From the sequence record MK250017.1: 64,000 bases of DNA. One strand, given 5' to 3'. Under the pieces are notes generated by a model, which saw only the letters and a list, made by a program, of their open reading frames with translations, searched no databases and was not told where the DNA came from. The stretch's first letter is position 1, and each line of letters starts with the position of its first letter. Of the stretch, positions 51,001-61,104 are shown piece after piece. A program made the position numbers and the translations under genes.

Positions 51001-51915
51001 ATGGTTGATTACCGCTATATCGTTGACTCAATGTCATATGGTTTAACAAATGAAATGGGTGGTAAAAAATATCTTTCTATTCTTGCAATGGATCGTATGA
51101 AAACAACCGCATTACTTAATCTTCCATCTAAGAGACAGTTTGAACTTTCAGTTGATCCTTGTTTCTGTGATACATATGATCAAGGTGTTTATACAAAACC
51201 TTCATTTGATACTAAATATATACCACAAGGTGGTAATACAGACATGTACTCAACTACAATGTTTAGCTTACCTACTGAAGATGATGGTTCTAAGTTTGCT
51301 GCTGCATTCTGGCCTCACTTAGTATATAATGTAAATGGACGTAAGATAAATGTACCACCTGCAGCTGATGTTTGTGATGTTCTTATTCGCAAATTCAATG
51401 GTGGTGATCCTTATGTAATTGCAGCTAATAGAAACGGTATTATCAAAAACTCTGATGTTGTTGGTATTGAATTCAATGCAGATACAACAGATAGAGATTA
51501 TCTTGAACCATTCGGTGTTAATACTATTATTCAGGAAGGTAATAATATCCTTATTTACGGTAATCAAACATGTTATCAGAATACTAAGAGTGACTTTAAT
51601 AAGTTACATGTTCGTGAGAACCTTAATACTCTTGAAATTGCATGTGAAGATGTACTTAAGAGATATAACTTCTTATATAATACACCAGCTGTTCGTGCTT
51701 CAGTTGTTACTGCACTTACACCAATTCTCGAAACAATGAAATTGTCTAACGCAATTGAAAGTTATGAGATTATTTGTGATGAGTCAAACAACACACCGGA
51801 CATCATAGCTGAAGATTATGGAATAGTCGACATCAGCGTGATAGTATCTCACGGAATGGAGAAGATAGTGCAACGTATTACGTTGAATCGTAGAGATACA
51901 TTACAAGATAGATAA
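48058..51915 (+). CDS. Contractile tail sheath protein (gp18-like), 1285 aa (code 15)
   Basis: Three track fragments join in frame across 3 TAG; N-terminal SAGIYTIEIDNS..GPFNRP; C-terminal GVNTI..YGNQT..LHVRE..YEIICDESNNTP..VDI. Confidence 0.85.
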
Positions 51916-51935
51916 TTTATAATAATATAATAATT

Positions 51936-51972
51936 AAATAGGTTAGAATTTTGAATTCTAACCTATTTTTAT
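51936..51972 (+). terminator. Terminator after tail sheath gene
   Basis: aaataggttagaatt/aattctaacctattt inverted repeat with T tail. Confidence 0.75.
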
Positions 51973-52038
51973 TTTTTAATATTTTGTATAACTTTTTCCA
52001 TAATTTGTTATATAATATATAAATATTAATTTTTATTA

Positions 52039-53850
52039 ATGAATGATAATTTAATAATACAAAAATTTATAACTGATAAAAATAAAATTAATTCCCATTA
52101 TAAACAAATTATAAATAAGGATCAGGAAATAAAAGAATATTTAGATAATCGTTATAAAGATGGAAATAATGATTATTGTGAAACAATATATAGAATATAG
52201 TATAATATAGATAAACATCCAGTATGTCCAAATTGTGGAAAATATGTTAAATTTACTTCAGGATATGGCTTTAGAGATTTTTGTTCTACAAGTTGTAGTA
52301 AAAATTACATAAAAGAAAGTTATGATAATATTATTACAGATGATTTAATTAAAAATGATTATTTAATAGATAATAAAATAAACACAAATAAATTACAAAT
52401 AAAATATATTAAAGAACATGGATATGAATCGTATTTATTAAATAGATATAATGATTCAGAGAATTTTGGTGAAGTTATTTACAGAATATGTAATAATATT
52501 GATAATATACCTAAATGTAAAGAATGTGGTAAATCTGTTAGATTCTTAAATTTAATAAGTGGTTATGATGATGTATGTTCAGATCGTTGTAAAAGTATTT
52601 CATTATTACCAGAAATAACAGATGATTATATTAAATCATTAGATAAGAAAGGTGGATTATTTAAATATACATGGTATGGACATGATAAAGTTGAGCAATA
52701 TTTAAAGAATAAATTTAAAGATGAGTATAGATCATATGATGAAGCAATTTATATGATATTAATGAATATGCATAAAATTCCAAGATGTCCTGTATGTGGC
52801 AATTATGTTAAATTTGAAAAGAATAGATATGAACATAAATTTATGAAATACTGTTCTATTGAATGTCAATCAATAGGAAGGCGAACAAAAACTATTAATA
52901 AAATTAAAAAATTAACAGGATTTAATATTGAATTAAAAAATGATAATCAATATAAATTTATTAATGTTTGTGATATTCATAAAGAATTTATTTTAACGCA
53001 TGATTAGTTTCATAACAGATGTTCATCAACACGATATATGTATAGTGTATTATGTCCTATATGTAATCCTGAACGAAATCCTCAAACTTCCATAGAAACT
53101 ATTATGAAGGATATATTAGATAAGTTAAATATTGAATATATACAACATGATAGGAATTTAATTGGTCCTAAAGAATTAGATTTTTATTTAAATAATTATA
53201 AAATAGCAATAGAATGTAATGGAACATATTGGCATAGTTTATAGAAGAAAGATAAAGATTATCACATTAATAAATTTAATATATGTAGAGATAAAGAAAT
53301 ACAATTAATATCATTTTGGGAATATGATATTAAACATAATGAAAGTTTTATTACTAATATTTTAAAAATATATTCAAATAATATTGAACATAATTATACA
53401 GATAATTTTAATTATGAAATTAAATGTATAGACAATAAGGAATATAAAAATTTTATTAATTTATATAGTTTACATAGGAATGATAAAAGAGTAAATTTAA
53501 AATTGGGATTATATATAGAAAATAAGTTAATTTATACATTTGGTTTAAATGAAAATAAAACAAATATTCATATATTAAAAATTGTTTCAAGATTTAATTA
53601 TTACATTAAAGATGTAGTAAAATACATTATTGACTATTTAGATACAGATAAAGACATTATTATTGATGTTAATAATGATATAGGTGATATTTATAATATA
53701 AAGAAATACTGTTGTTATTATAAAAATATAGATTCATATGAAGATTTTGTTATACGAAAAGATGATACAGCTTTAGCAAAAAAGAATGATAAATTTGTAG
53801 TAAGATGTTATAATTCAGGAATAACTGAATTTAAAGTAAAACTTTTGTGA
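52039..53850 (+). CDS. Free-standing homing-type endonuclease with zinc-ribbon repeats and PD-(D/E)xK domain, ~603 aa (code 15)
   Basis: Three repeats P-x-C-x2-CG-x2-V-x-F...C-S-x2-C; ELDFYL..IAIECNGTYWHS; track fragments 52753, 53038 and 53503 all share the frame of ATG 52039. Confidence 0.65.
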
Positions 53851-53893
53851 TTTAATTATCTATAATAATTAATAATAGATATAAGATAGAAAT

Positions 53894-54238
53894 ATGGATA
53901 GAGAAAAGGAGTGTAAGGAAATTATAGGCAGGTATAGTCCAGATATTAACAAGAGTATAAATCATGTTTTGGAAAATATATATAATGCAGGTTGGCATGA
54001 TGGCAGACATGCAGAACGTGATAAGTGGAGTAAATGTGAATATCTTATAATTGCACCTGATAAAATGGATAAAATTGCTAAGATATTGGATAATCCACCT
54101 TGTAAGAATTGCGAGTTTAGTACAACAGAAAGATTAACGGGATGTTTAGCTGTTCCACAGAAGTGTGAAAAATATCAAGAATATTCTTTATTATGTGAAT
54201 TAATAAAATATTTTAAAACATGTTCTTATAAATCATAA
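53894..54238 (+). CDS. Hypothetical protein
   Basis: 114-aa ORF with CKNC...C...C cluster. Confidence 0.65.
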   Translation: MDREKECKEIIGRYSPDINKSINHVLENIYNAGWHDGRHAERDKWSKCEYLIIAPDKMDKIAKILDNPPCKNCEFSTTERLTGCLAVPQKCEKYQEYSLLCELIKYFKTCSYKS

Positions 54239-54304
54239 GACTTTATTTAGGAATTTGATTATAATATGTAGATAAACTAAAAATATATACATAATAACTA
54301 TCAA

Positions 54305-54457
54305 ATGAAAACAAAAATGAAGCAGATTAATAAGATGGATAATTTCGTGAAGTTGCCATGGACTATCTATAAAGGATTTAGTGTAAATCCAAGTAAAAAT
54401 GAAAATAATGCAGTTAACGAGAAGTTAAATGAAAATATACCAGGTATATGGTATTAA
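54305..54457 (+). CDS. Small hypothetical protein, 50 aa
   Basis: MKTKMKQINK...IPGIWY, followed by a hairpin at ~54464-54503. Confidence 0.45.
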   Translation: MKTKMKQINKMDNFVKLPWTIYKGFSVNPSKNENNAVNEKLNENIPGIWY

Positions 54458-54555
54458 TATATAAAAAGTCTGAATTATAAGTGTAATATAATTCAGACTT
54501 TTTATTTTATTTATTTCGTAAAATAAATATTGTAATAAATTATTTTAATTTAATT

Positions 54556-56175
54556 ATGAGTTAGAACTTATATGAAACATTAATAAATGGAATATCATAT
54601 GCTGTATAGAAATCTTTAAATGAGATGGCAAGATTAGCAGTATAGAGAACAATTGATAAGAAATTATGGTTAAGTGTTGCATCAACATGTTCAAGAAATA
54701 AATCAACTGAAGCAGAGAATATTAGACCTATTGGTTCAGATAAAGAAAATTTATTGAATAGATATGTTGCTGCTCTTATAATTATGCGAAAACCGTGTCC
54801 AGAAACAGAGGATGATATTGATACATTAAAGACATTTAAATTAGTTGCTAAACGTTATTTACAATTAGGCGGAACATTATAGGAAATATAGGATTTATAC
54901 AATAAAAACACAGGTAAAACAAGAATTATACCACAAGGAACAGAAAAGAAACCTATATAGAAAAAAGAAGAATATACTGATAAATCAGTATCAACCGATA
55001 ATATTGTTAAAAATGAACCAGCATAGAAAGATTCATATGGTGGAATGGGATTATTTGACGATGATGACATATTTGGTGATGATACAGATGATATATCAAA
55101 TTCAGAATTAACATAGAAGATTGTTGGTTTAGATATAAATGCAGATTTAACAACTGTTCTTATTCAACAATTAGGAAATAAACCAAGAGGTTGGAAATTT
55201 TATAAACATACAAATGATGAGTATGAGAAATATATGACGATAGATTGTTCGCCTGATTATGAATGGAGATATAAGAAATATGTAAAAGACGTAATGAAAG
55301 TAATCAAACAAAAGAATTGGACATGTTATTAGGTTACTACACCAACTAATTGGCAAATATCATCATTTAAAATAGAAAATCTTACAGATACTTTGGTTCG
55401 AGGTTAGATGCAAAAATATTTTGATTTTTATAATAATAAGAAAGAACAAAACAAATAGAAATCACCAGAAGAGATTACCAAAATGATTGATGAACGAATG
55501 CAGGTTTATAGACAGTTTGTTAAAGATAGAAAAAAACAGGTTAATACTATAAATAATGATTATGTAAAGAAATTGTTTGAAGAAGATGAATCTGTATATA
55601 GAGTTTATTTATCACCTGATACCGGCGTAATGTTACTTGTTAAACGAGAAATGGAAGGAATGTCAGAAGATAGTTATAATTATATTTTAACATTTACTGG
55701 TAATGTAAATTATAATAATGATTTAAGAGATAAGGATTATAATAAGAAATTAAAAGAAAAGGCAAAAGTACAAGCAAAGAGAAAATAGACATTTTTAAAG
55801 ATGTTACATAAGTATTGTGGTTTAGGTCCAAGTTTTAGTTATACTGTATTATTTGATGATGACAATTATCCATATATGGTTGAAACATGTAGATTAGGTA
55901 ATGCAGAAGGTGTATATAGAATATTATAGAAACGTTTTTATAATCATGGAGAATACTATTCATTATATGTACGGACACCTGAACATACAGAACCTGATTC
56001 TATTCATGAATTAGTTTAGAATAAAGAACATTATCATGTTGAATTAGTAAGATTTATATATGGTGAAAATAAAGGTAAATATCCGCAGGTTTTACCGGAC
56101 GATAATTATTACATAATGTTTAAACCTACTGAATAGGGTAAAGCACGAATAGATTATATGATTAATAATAAGTAA
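54556..56175 (+). CDS. Hypothetical protein, 539 aa (code 15)
   Basis: ATG 54556 to TAA 56173 with many TAG; includes track fragment 55483-55788; N-terminus MSQNLYETLINGISYAVQKSLNEM. Confidence 0.6.
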
Positions 56176-56310
56176 TTTAAATACATTAAATTGGTTAGTA
56201 ACATCGAAATATTACTAACCAATTTTTAATTATATTTTATCTGATAGTGAAATAAATCAAATATATACAAAAATATTTGAAGACATATAGTAGATTTAAA
56301 AATATTTGTG

Positions 56311-56318
56311 TATCTTTG
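56311..56318 (+). promoter_or_regulatory. Bacteroidota sigma-A type -7 promoter element
   Basis: GTG-TATCTTTG about 38 nt upstream of ATG 56356. Confidence 0.7.
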
Positions 56319-56355
56319 AACAGACAAATTAAAAGTATTTACATATAAAAACTAT

Positions 56356-56805
56356 ATGGAAAAAAATTATTGGGGATTAACACATCCGTTTACAACTGAA
56401 AGATGTGTGCAACGTCTCATAACAGAATATAATAAACATAAGAATTTGATCATCGCATTTGATTTTGACAATACTGTATTTGATTATCATAAAGAAGGAA
56501 ATCAATATGAATATGATGATGTTATTGACTTACTTAAATACTGTTATGATTTAGGTATGACACTTGTATTGTATACATGTGAAGAAAATATAGATAAGAT
56601 AAAATGGAAAATAAATTGGTGTAAAGAATATATGGGATTTACACCACATTATGTAAATAAATCACCTGTATTGAAACAATCTTATAAGAATGGTAAAATA
56701 TATTATAACATTCTTTTAGATGACCGTGCGGGATTATTTGAAGCATATTCTATATTAATTGATGTTGTTTCTTATATAGAAAAAGATAAAGGTTTAATTA
56801 AATAA
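56356..56805 (+). CDS. HAD-superfamily hydrolase
   Basis: IIAFDFDNT motif I, LYTC motif II, KIYYNILLDDRAG motifs III/IV. Confidence 0.8.
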   Translation: MEKNYWGLTHPFTTERCVQRLITEYNKHKNLIIAFDFDNTVFDYHKEGNQYEYDDVIDLLKYCYDLGMTLVLYTCEENIDKIKWKINWCKEYMGFTPHYVNKSPVLKQSYKNGKIYYNILLDDRAGLFEAYSILIDVVSYIEKDKGLIK

Positions 56806-56816
56806 TTTAGAAAAGT

Positions 56817-57689
56817 ATGAAAAATATTAATCTTCTTGATAGTTATAATTCAGAAGTGAAGTATGAACTTACTACATTTCCGGATGGTGAACCACATATT
56901 AAGTTCCTTGATGATATTGATCGAAAGGATTCTTATAATGTAGTATGTAGAATTACAAATCCTACAGAATTGTTTGTAGTTATGCAGGTTGGACATATTT
57001 TGAAGCGACAAGGCGTATTGTTTAATCTCACTATTTTGTATCTCATGTCTATGCGAATGGATAGAGTTATTAATTTCAATGAGGCATTTACATTGGAAAT
57101 TGTTGCAAATATGATTAACAGTTTCGATGCTGAGCATGTGTACATTTTTGAAGCACATTCTGACCGTACATTTAAATTGATTAAGAATTCAGAACCTTAT
57201 TATGCACTTAATATGAATAGTGATTATAATAAGATGCGTGAAGATTTGTATGAATCTGAGAATTCTGTTATTTGTTATCCAGATCATGGAGCATATGAGC
57301 GTTACAGTAAGGATTTCTATCCTACATCTGCATATCTTTGTATGAATAAGGTTCGAGACCTTGAGAATAAGGGTGTTATTAAGTCTATGGAAATTTCTGA
57401 AATTCATCTTCCATTTATGACTGAAGATGAAGTAAAGCAGATTACCATTATTGATGATTTGTGTGATGGTGGTGGCACTTTCTGTTGGGCTGCTAACATT
57501 CTTCGTGAACGATTTGGAAAGGATGTAAAGCTTAATATTTTTATTAAGCATCTTGTAAATCCTGTAGGTCTTGAGAAACTTATCAATTCATTTGATAATG
57601 TTTATATTACAGATTCTTATAAGGATTGGGAATCTAAGGTAATTATTTTAAATGCTCAAGAGAAAGTACATATTATTCATTTAACATAA
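56817..57689 (+). CDS. Ribose-phosphate pyrophosphokinase-like enzyme (possible Adps)
   Basis: FPDGEPHIK, YLMSMRMDR, EAHS, YPDHGA, IIDDLCDGGGTF PRTase motif. Confidence 0.85.
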   Translation: MKNINLLDSYNSEVKYELTTFPDGEPHIKFLDDIDRKDSYNVVCRITNPTELFVVMQVGHILKRQGVLFNLTILYLMSMRMDRVINFNEAFTLEIVANMINSFDAEHVYIFEAHSDRTFKLIKNSEPYYALNMNSDYNKMREDLYESENSVICYPDHGAYERYSKDFYPTSAYLCMNKVRDLENKGVIKSMEISEIHLPFMTEDEVKQITIIDDLCDGGGTFCWAANILRERFGKDVKLNIFIKHLVNPVGLEKLINSFDNVYITDSYKDWESKVIILNAQEKVHIIHLT

Positions 57690-57788
57690 TTTAAATTTTA
57701 TAGTCTGAATAATTTTATTATAAAGTTGTTCAGACTTTTTTATTTTTTATTATATAACAATATATATATAACGAAAAAATTATTATAC

Positions 57789-58385
57789 ATGGAAAAGAAT
57801 TTTAATAACGAAATTGATGAGATGGATGATGTTTTGAATCCAGATGAAATAATTGATGATACTAGTTCAGATATTAATGAGGACGATATTGTCACAGATG
57901 AAGATGATAATGAATATGTATCAAAGGAGTATGCAGATAAACTTATTTCAGAATTGAAAACAGCAAAAGAAGATGCTGATACATGGAAGAATAAGTATAT
58001 GTATGCATTATCTGATTTTGAAACATATAAGAGAAATTCACAGAAGGATAAACAAAATACATTGAAATATGGTAATGAAAAAGTAATTAAGGATATTCTA
58101 CCTATTATCGATGATTTTGATAGAGCATTTATGCATATGGATGCAGAAACAAAAGATGGTGTTATGCTTATCTATAAGAATTTTATTTCTGTATTAGAGA
58201 AACATGACGTTACTATTATTCCAGCAGAACCAGGTGATAAATTTAATGAGAATATTCATGAAGCAATTTCTGTGGTTCCTGCTATGGAAGATGAGCAGAA
58301 AGGTACAATTGCAGATTGTGTAACAAAGGGATATATGTTACTTGATAAAGTTATCAGATATTCTAAAGTAATTGTATTTAATTAA
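57789..58385 (+). CDS. grpE: GrpE nucleotide exchange factor
   Basis: ALSDFETYKRN, ILPIIDDFDRA, PGDKFNENIHEAI, KGYMLLDKVIRYSKVIV. Confidence 0.9.
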   Translation: MEKNFNNEIDEMDDVLNPDEIIDDTSSDINEDDIVTDEDDNEYVSKEYADKLISELKTAKEDADTWKNKYMYALSDFETYKRNSQKDKQNTLKYGNEKVIKDILPIIDDFDRAFMHMDAETKDGVMLIYKNFISVLEKHDVTIIPAEPGDKFNENIHEAISVVPAMEDEQKGTIADCVTKGYMLLDKVIRYSKVIVFN

Positions 58386-58630
58386 AATAGAATATCATCA
58401 TTATAGTTATATGAAGTATTAAATATATCATCAATATTTAATTGTTGAAATTGCTTCTACTATATACTCATATCAAAATCAAATCTATTTTCAGATTTAT
58501 TATATTTTGCTATTGTTTTATCAAAATCAAATTGATTATCAGTATCAAATATTGATCTGAGTATATAGTTTTTACCATTATGACGTAATGTTTTAACAAA
58601 TTCTCTATTAGTTGGATATTTTCTATTCAT
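58382..58630 (-). CDS. Small hypothetical protein, 82 aa (code 15)
   Basis: ATG 58630 to TAA 58382 with tandem TAG TAG; stop overlaps the grpE stop. Confidence 0.45.
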
Positions 58631-58720
58631 ATTAATTATATATTAATTATAATATATTTATTTTAATGTTAATGAATATTAAAATATATATGATTATTTT
58701 TATTATGGAAAATATATATG

Positions 58721-58728
58721 TATCTTTG
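58721..58728 (+). promoter_or_regulatory. Bacteroidota sigma-A type -7 promoter element
   Basis: TATCTTTG about 30 nt upstream of ATG 58759. Confidence 0.7.
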
Positions 58729-58758
58729 TACTATAATTAAGATATAAAACATATAATT

Positions 58759-59289
58759 ATGGAAGAAAACGTAGTAAATACAGTTAATTGGTTTGATATT
58801 AAGGATGATGTAAAAATCATTAAGGAAGATAAAGTTTCAAAGCGTATTAAGTCACATAATGTGATAATGCATCATAAGAATGATGTTAATACGTTGGATG
58901 GCTCTATTAATGTAAATCATGCAATTTGCAAGAAGGTTACTGCAAAGAATATTGAACCATTTGAAAGTATACTTGTATATAATCCAAATGATAAAGTAAA
59001 GTATCATTGTGATGGTGGTATGTTCAATGGTAAAACTATTTGTGTGAAATGCCGTTCTGATGCATATAATTTTGGAGGTAATTTTACATTTACAGAAGAT
59101 GATTTATCTGCAGATATGATTGCTGTATATTACTATGATCCAGATTCTAATATTGGACATTGGTTCATTTGTGATAGAAGTCGTTTGAGAAAGAATAAGA
59201 TGAGGAAGTCACAAAGTATTTATATTTGTCATCAGGATTATATTAAGGATCATGCTTGGTGTGAATATACAGTAACGTTTGATAGATAA
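58759..59289 (+). CDS. Hypothetical protein (putative early gene)
   Basis: 176-aa TAG-free ORF. Confidence 0.7.
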   Translation: MEENVVNTVNWFDIKDDVKIIKEDKVSKRIKSHNVIMHHKNDVNTLDGSINVNHAICKKVTAKNIEPFESILVYNPNDKVKYHCDGGMFNGKTICVKCRSDAYNFGGNFTFTEDDLSADMIAVYYYDPDSNIGHWFICDRSRLRKNKMRKSQSIYICHQDYIKDHAWCEYTVTFDR

Positions 59290-59385
59290 TTTAAATTTTT
59301 TGAAAAAAAGTTCTCAAAATTACAGACTTTTGAAAAAAATTTAGATATATATAATATATAGTAAAATAAAATAAGTAAAGAGATT

Positions 59386-59514
59386 ATGAAAACTTTAAAT
59401 ATGACATATGGTATGCATCCTGTTTGTGGTATGGTTCACATGTTCCCATGTGGAGGCGGTCGACCTATGTCTATACTTGAGTGTTTAAAGTTTTCTTGTA
59501 TGTTGCAATCATAA
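59386..59514 (+). CDS. Met/Cys-rich peptide, 42 aa
   Basis: MKTLNMTYGMHPVCGMVHMFPCGGGRPMSILECLKFSCMLQS, followed by a strong hairpin. Confidence 0.4.
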   Translation: MKTLNMTYGMHPVCGMVHMFPCGGGRPMSILECLKFSCMLQS

Positions 59515-59542
59515 CCGGTTAACTCAACATATATACAAATTT

Positions 59543-59590
59543 AACCTCAAGTAGAAAATTGATCAAAATTCTACTTGAGGTTTTTCTTTT
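59543..59590 (+). terminator. Terminator immediately before first tRNA
   Basis: aacctcaagtagaa/ttctacttgaggtt 14-bp stem plus T tract. Confidence 0.75.
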
Positions 59591-59593
59591 TAT

Positions 59594-59666
59594 GGTCCGT
59601 CTGGTGTAATTGGTAACATGGCAGATTGTGGTTCTGCAGTACAGGGTTCGAGTCCCTAACGTGACC
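59594..59666 (+). tRNA. tRNA-His(GTG), irregular acceptor stem
   Basis: gcaga-TTGTGGT-tctgc anticodon arm, D stem gtgt/acat, T loop TTCGAGT, G-1:C73; the acceptor pairs only with a bulge. Confidence 0.7.
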
Positions 59667-59736
59667 CAATTTATATTTTTAAGTAAACTATTGATATAGT
59701 TCTTAATATAATTATAAGAATATTTTATATTAATAT

Positions 59737-60744
59737 ATGGAAATTAAATAGTTTACAGATGATACATTAAAACATGTATTTGACACATGTACATCAACAA
59801 TGAATATATTGGAATTATTAGGTTATGAACCTTATAAAATAAGAGGATAGAAATGTAAAGAAATATTGAATATATATGCTAATTAGATTGGTGTCAATAT
59901 AGAAGATTATAAATCAAATAATATAAAATTTAGGAAATATAATGAATTACATCCTGTATGTAAAATATGTGGTAAAGACTTAACATATAAACAGTATAAA
60001 GATAAACAATCTTTTTGTTCATCATCATGTGCAGCTATTTATAATAATTAGCATAGAACTATTTCTAAAAAACAAAAAAGTATATTTTCTAAAAAATAGA
60101 GTATACGTTCTAAAAATGTTTATAAAGAAAAACCTAATTATGTATTAAATACGGAATTAATTAATCAAGGAAAAATATTAAATGATAAAAATATTCCATA
60201 TAAAGAACATTATATGGATATAACAAAATTAGGTGTACATATATGTCAAATATGTGGAAACGAATTTATACCATCTATTACATTAAAAGGTGATATATCA
60301 AAAGCTACAACATGTTCAGAAGAATGCCATAAAATTTTAGCAAGCAAACGTTCAAAACAAACTGTATAGCGTCTTATTAAAGAAGGCAGACATAGTGGCT
60401 GGGCATCTAGAAAAATTACAAGTTATCCAGAAAAATTTTGGATTAATGTATTAAATAATAATCATATAAATTTTATACGTGAATTTAAAGTAAAACAAAT
60501 TTCAGGTTATTGTTATTTTTTGGATTTTTTGATAGAACACAATGAACATAAAATTGATTTAGAAATAGATGGACAACAACATAAGTATAGAAAAGAACAT
60601 GATAAAGAACGAGATGAATATTTATCATCATTAAATTATTTAATATATAGAATTGATTGGAATAATATAAATACAGAAAATGGAAAATTATTAATGAAAG
60701 AAAAAATTGATAATTTTTTAAATTGGTTTAATAATTTGGAGTAA
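59737..60744 (+). CDS. Homing-type endonuclease (Vsr/DUF559-like) in tRNA cluster, 335 aa (code 15)
   Basis: Zinc motifs CKICG..FCSSSC and CQICG..TCSEEC; SYPEKFW..REF..YFLDF..LEIDGQQH..DKERD..IYRIDW. Confidence 0.75.
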
Positions 60745-60758
60745 AATTATTAAATTTA

Positions 60759-60831
60759 CGGGTAGTAGTTCAATTGGTAGAATGCTAGTTTTGGGAACTA
60801 GTGGTTGTAGGATCGTGCCCTATCTACCCGA
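60759..60831 (+). tRNA. tRNA-Pro(TGG)
   Basis: Acceptor cgggtag/ctacccg; ctagt-TTTGGGA-actag; atypical T loop ATCGTGC. Confidence 0.85.
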
Positions 60832-60949
60832 CGGAATCGATAAATCTGATATTATCCTTACGTAATTAATCAGATTTAAAACTTTAGATAGTAAGGTATC
60901 TATATAATGGAAGTTCACGCCTAAGGGAAGATTTATACATTATAATTTT

Positions 60950-61024
60950 ACTCTGTTAGCTCAATTGGATTAGAGTAATTCGCTACGAACGAATAGGTTA
61001 GGAGTTCGATTCTCTTACAGAGTA
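60950..61024 (+). tRNA. tRNA-Arg(ACG)
   Basis: actctgt/acagagt; attcg-CTACGAA-cgaat; T loop TTCGATT. Confidence 0.9.
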
Positions 61025-61031
61025 CAAATAT

Positions 61032-61104
61032 ATCTCTATAGTTTAAGTGAATAAAATAGGATTTTCCTAAATTCCAGTTACTGGTTTGATTCCAGTTAGA
61101 GATA
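61032..61104 (+). tRNA. tRNA-Arg(CCT)
   Basis: atctcta/tagagat; ggatt-TTCCTAA-attcc (one U-U pair); actgg-TTTGATT-ccagt. Confidence 0.7.

Noticed and set aside
54556-56175. Alt/ModB-like ADP-ribosyltransferase
   Set aside because: Only a vague Y..N.DLR resemblance; no R-S-E catalytic motifs found
9158-59120. Other ACAGCAA/TTGCTGT occurrences (~9158, 12114, 28420, 38589, 44744, 49824, 59114)
   Set aside because: All lie inside coding sequence and no flanking closing stem or anticodon-type hairpin was evident
61032-61104. Possible amber suppressor tRNA (loop contains CCTAA)
   Set aside because: Arm spacing places U33 before CCT; reading CTA would need C33 and a shifted stem, so it is called Arg(CCT)
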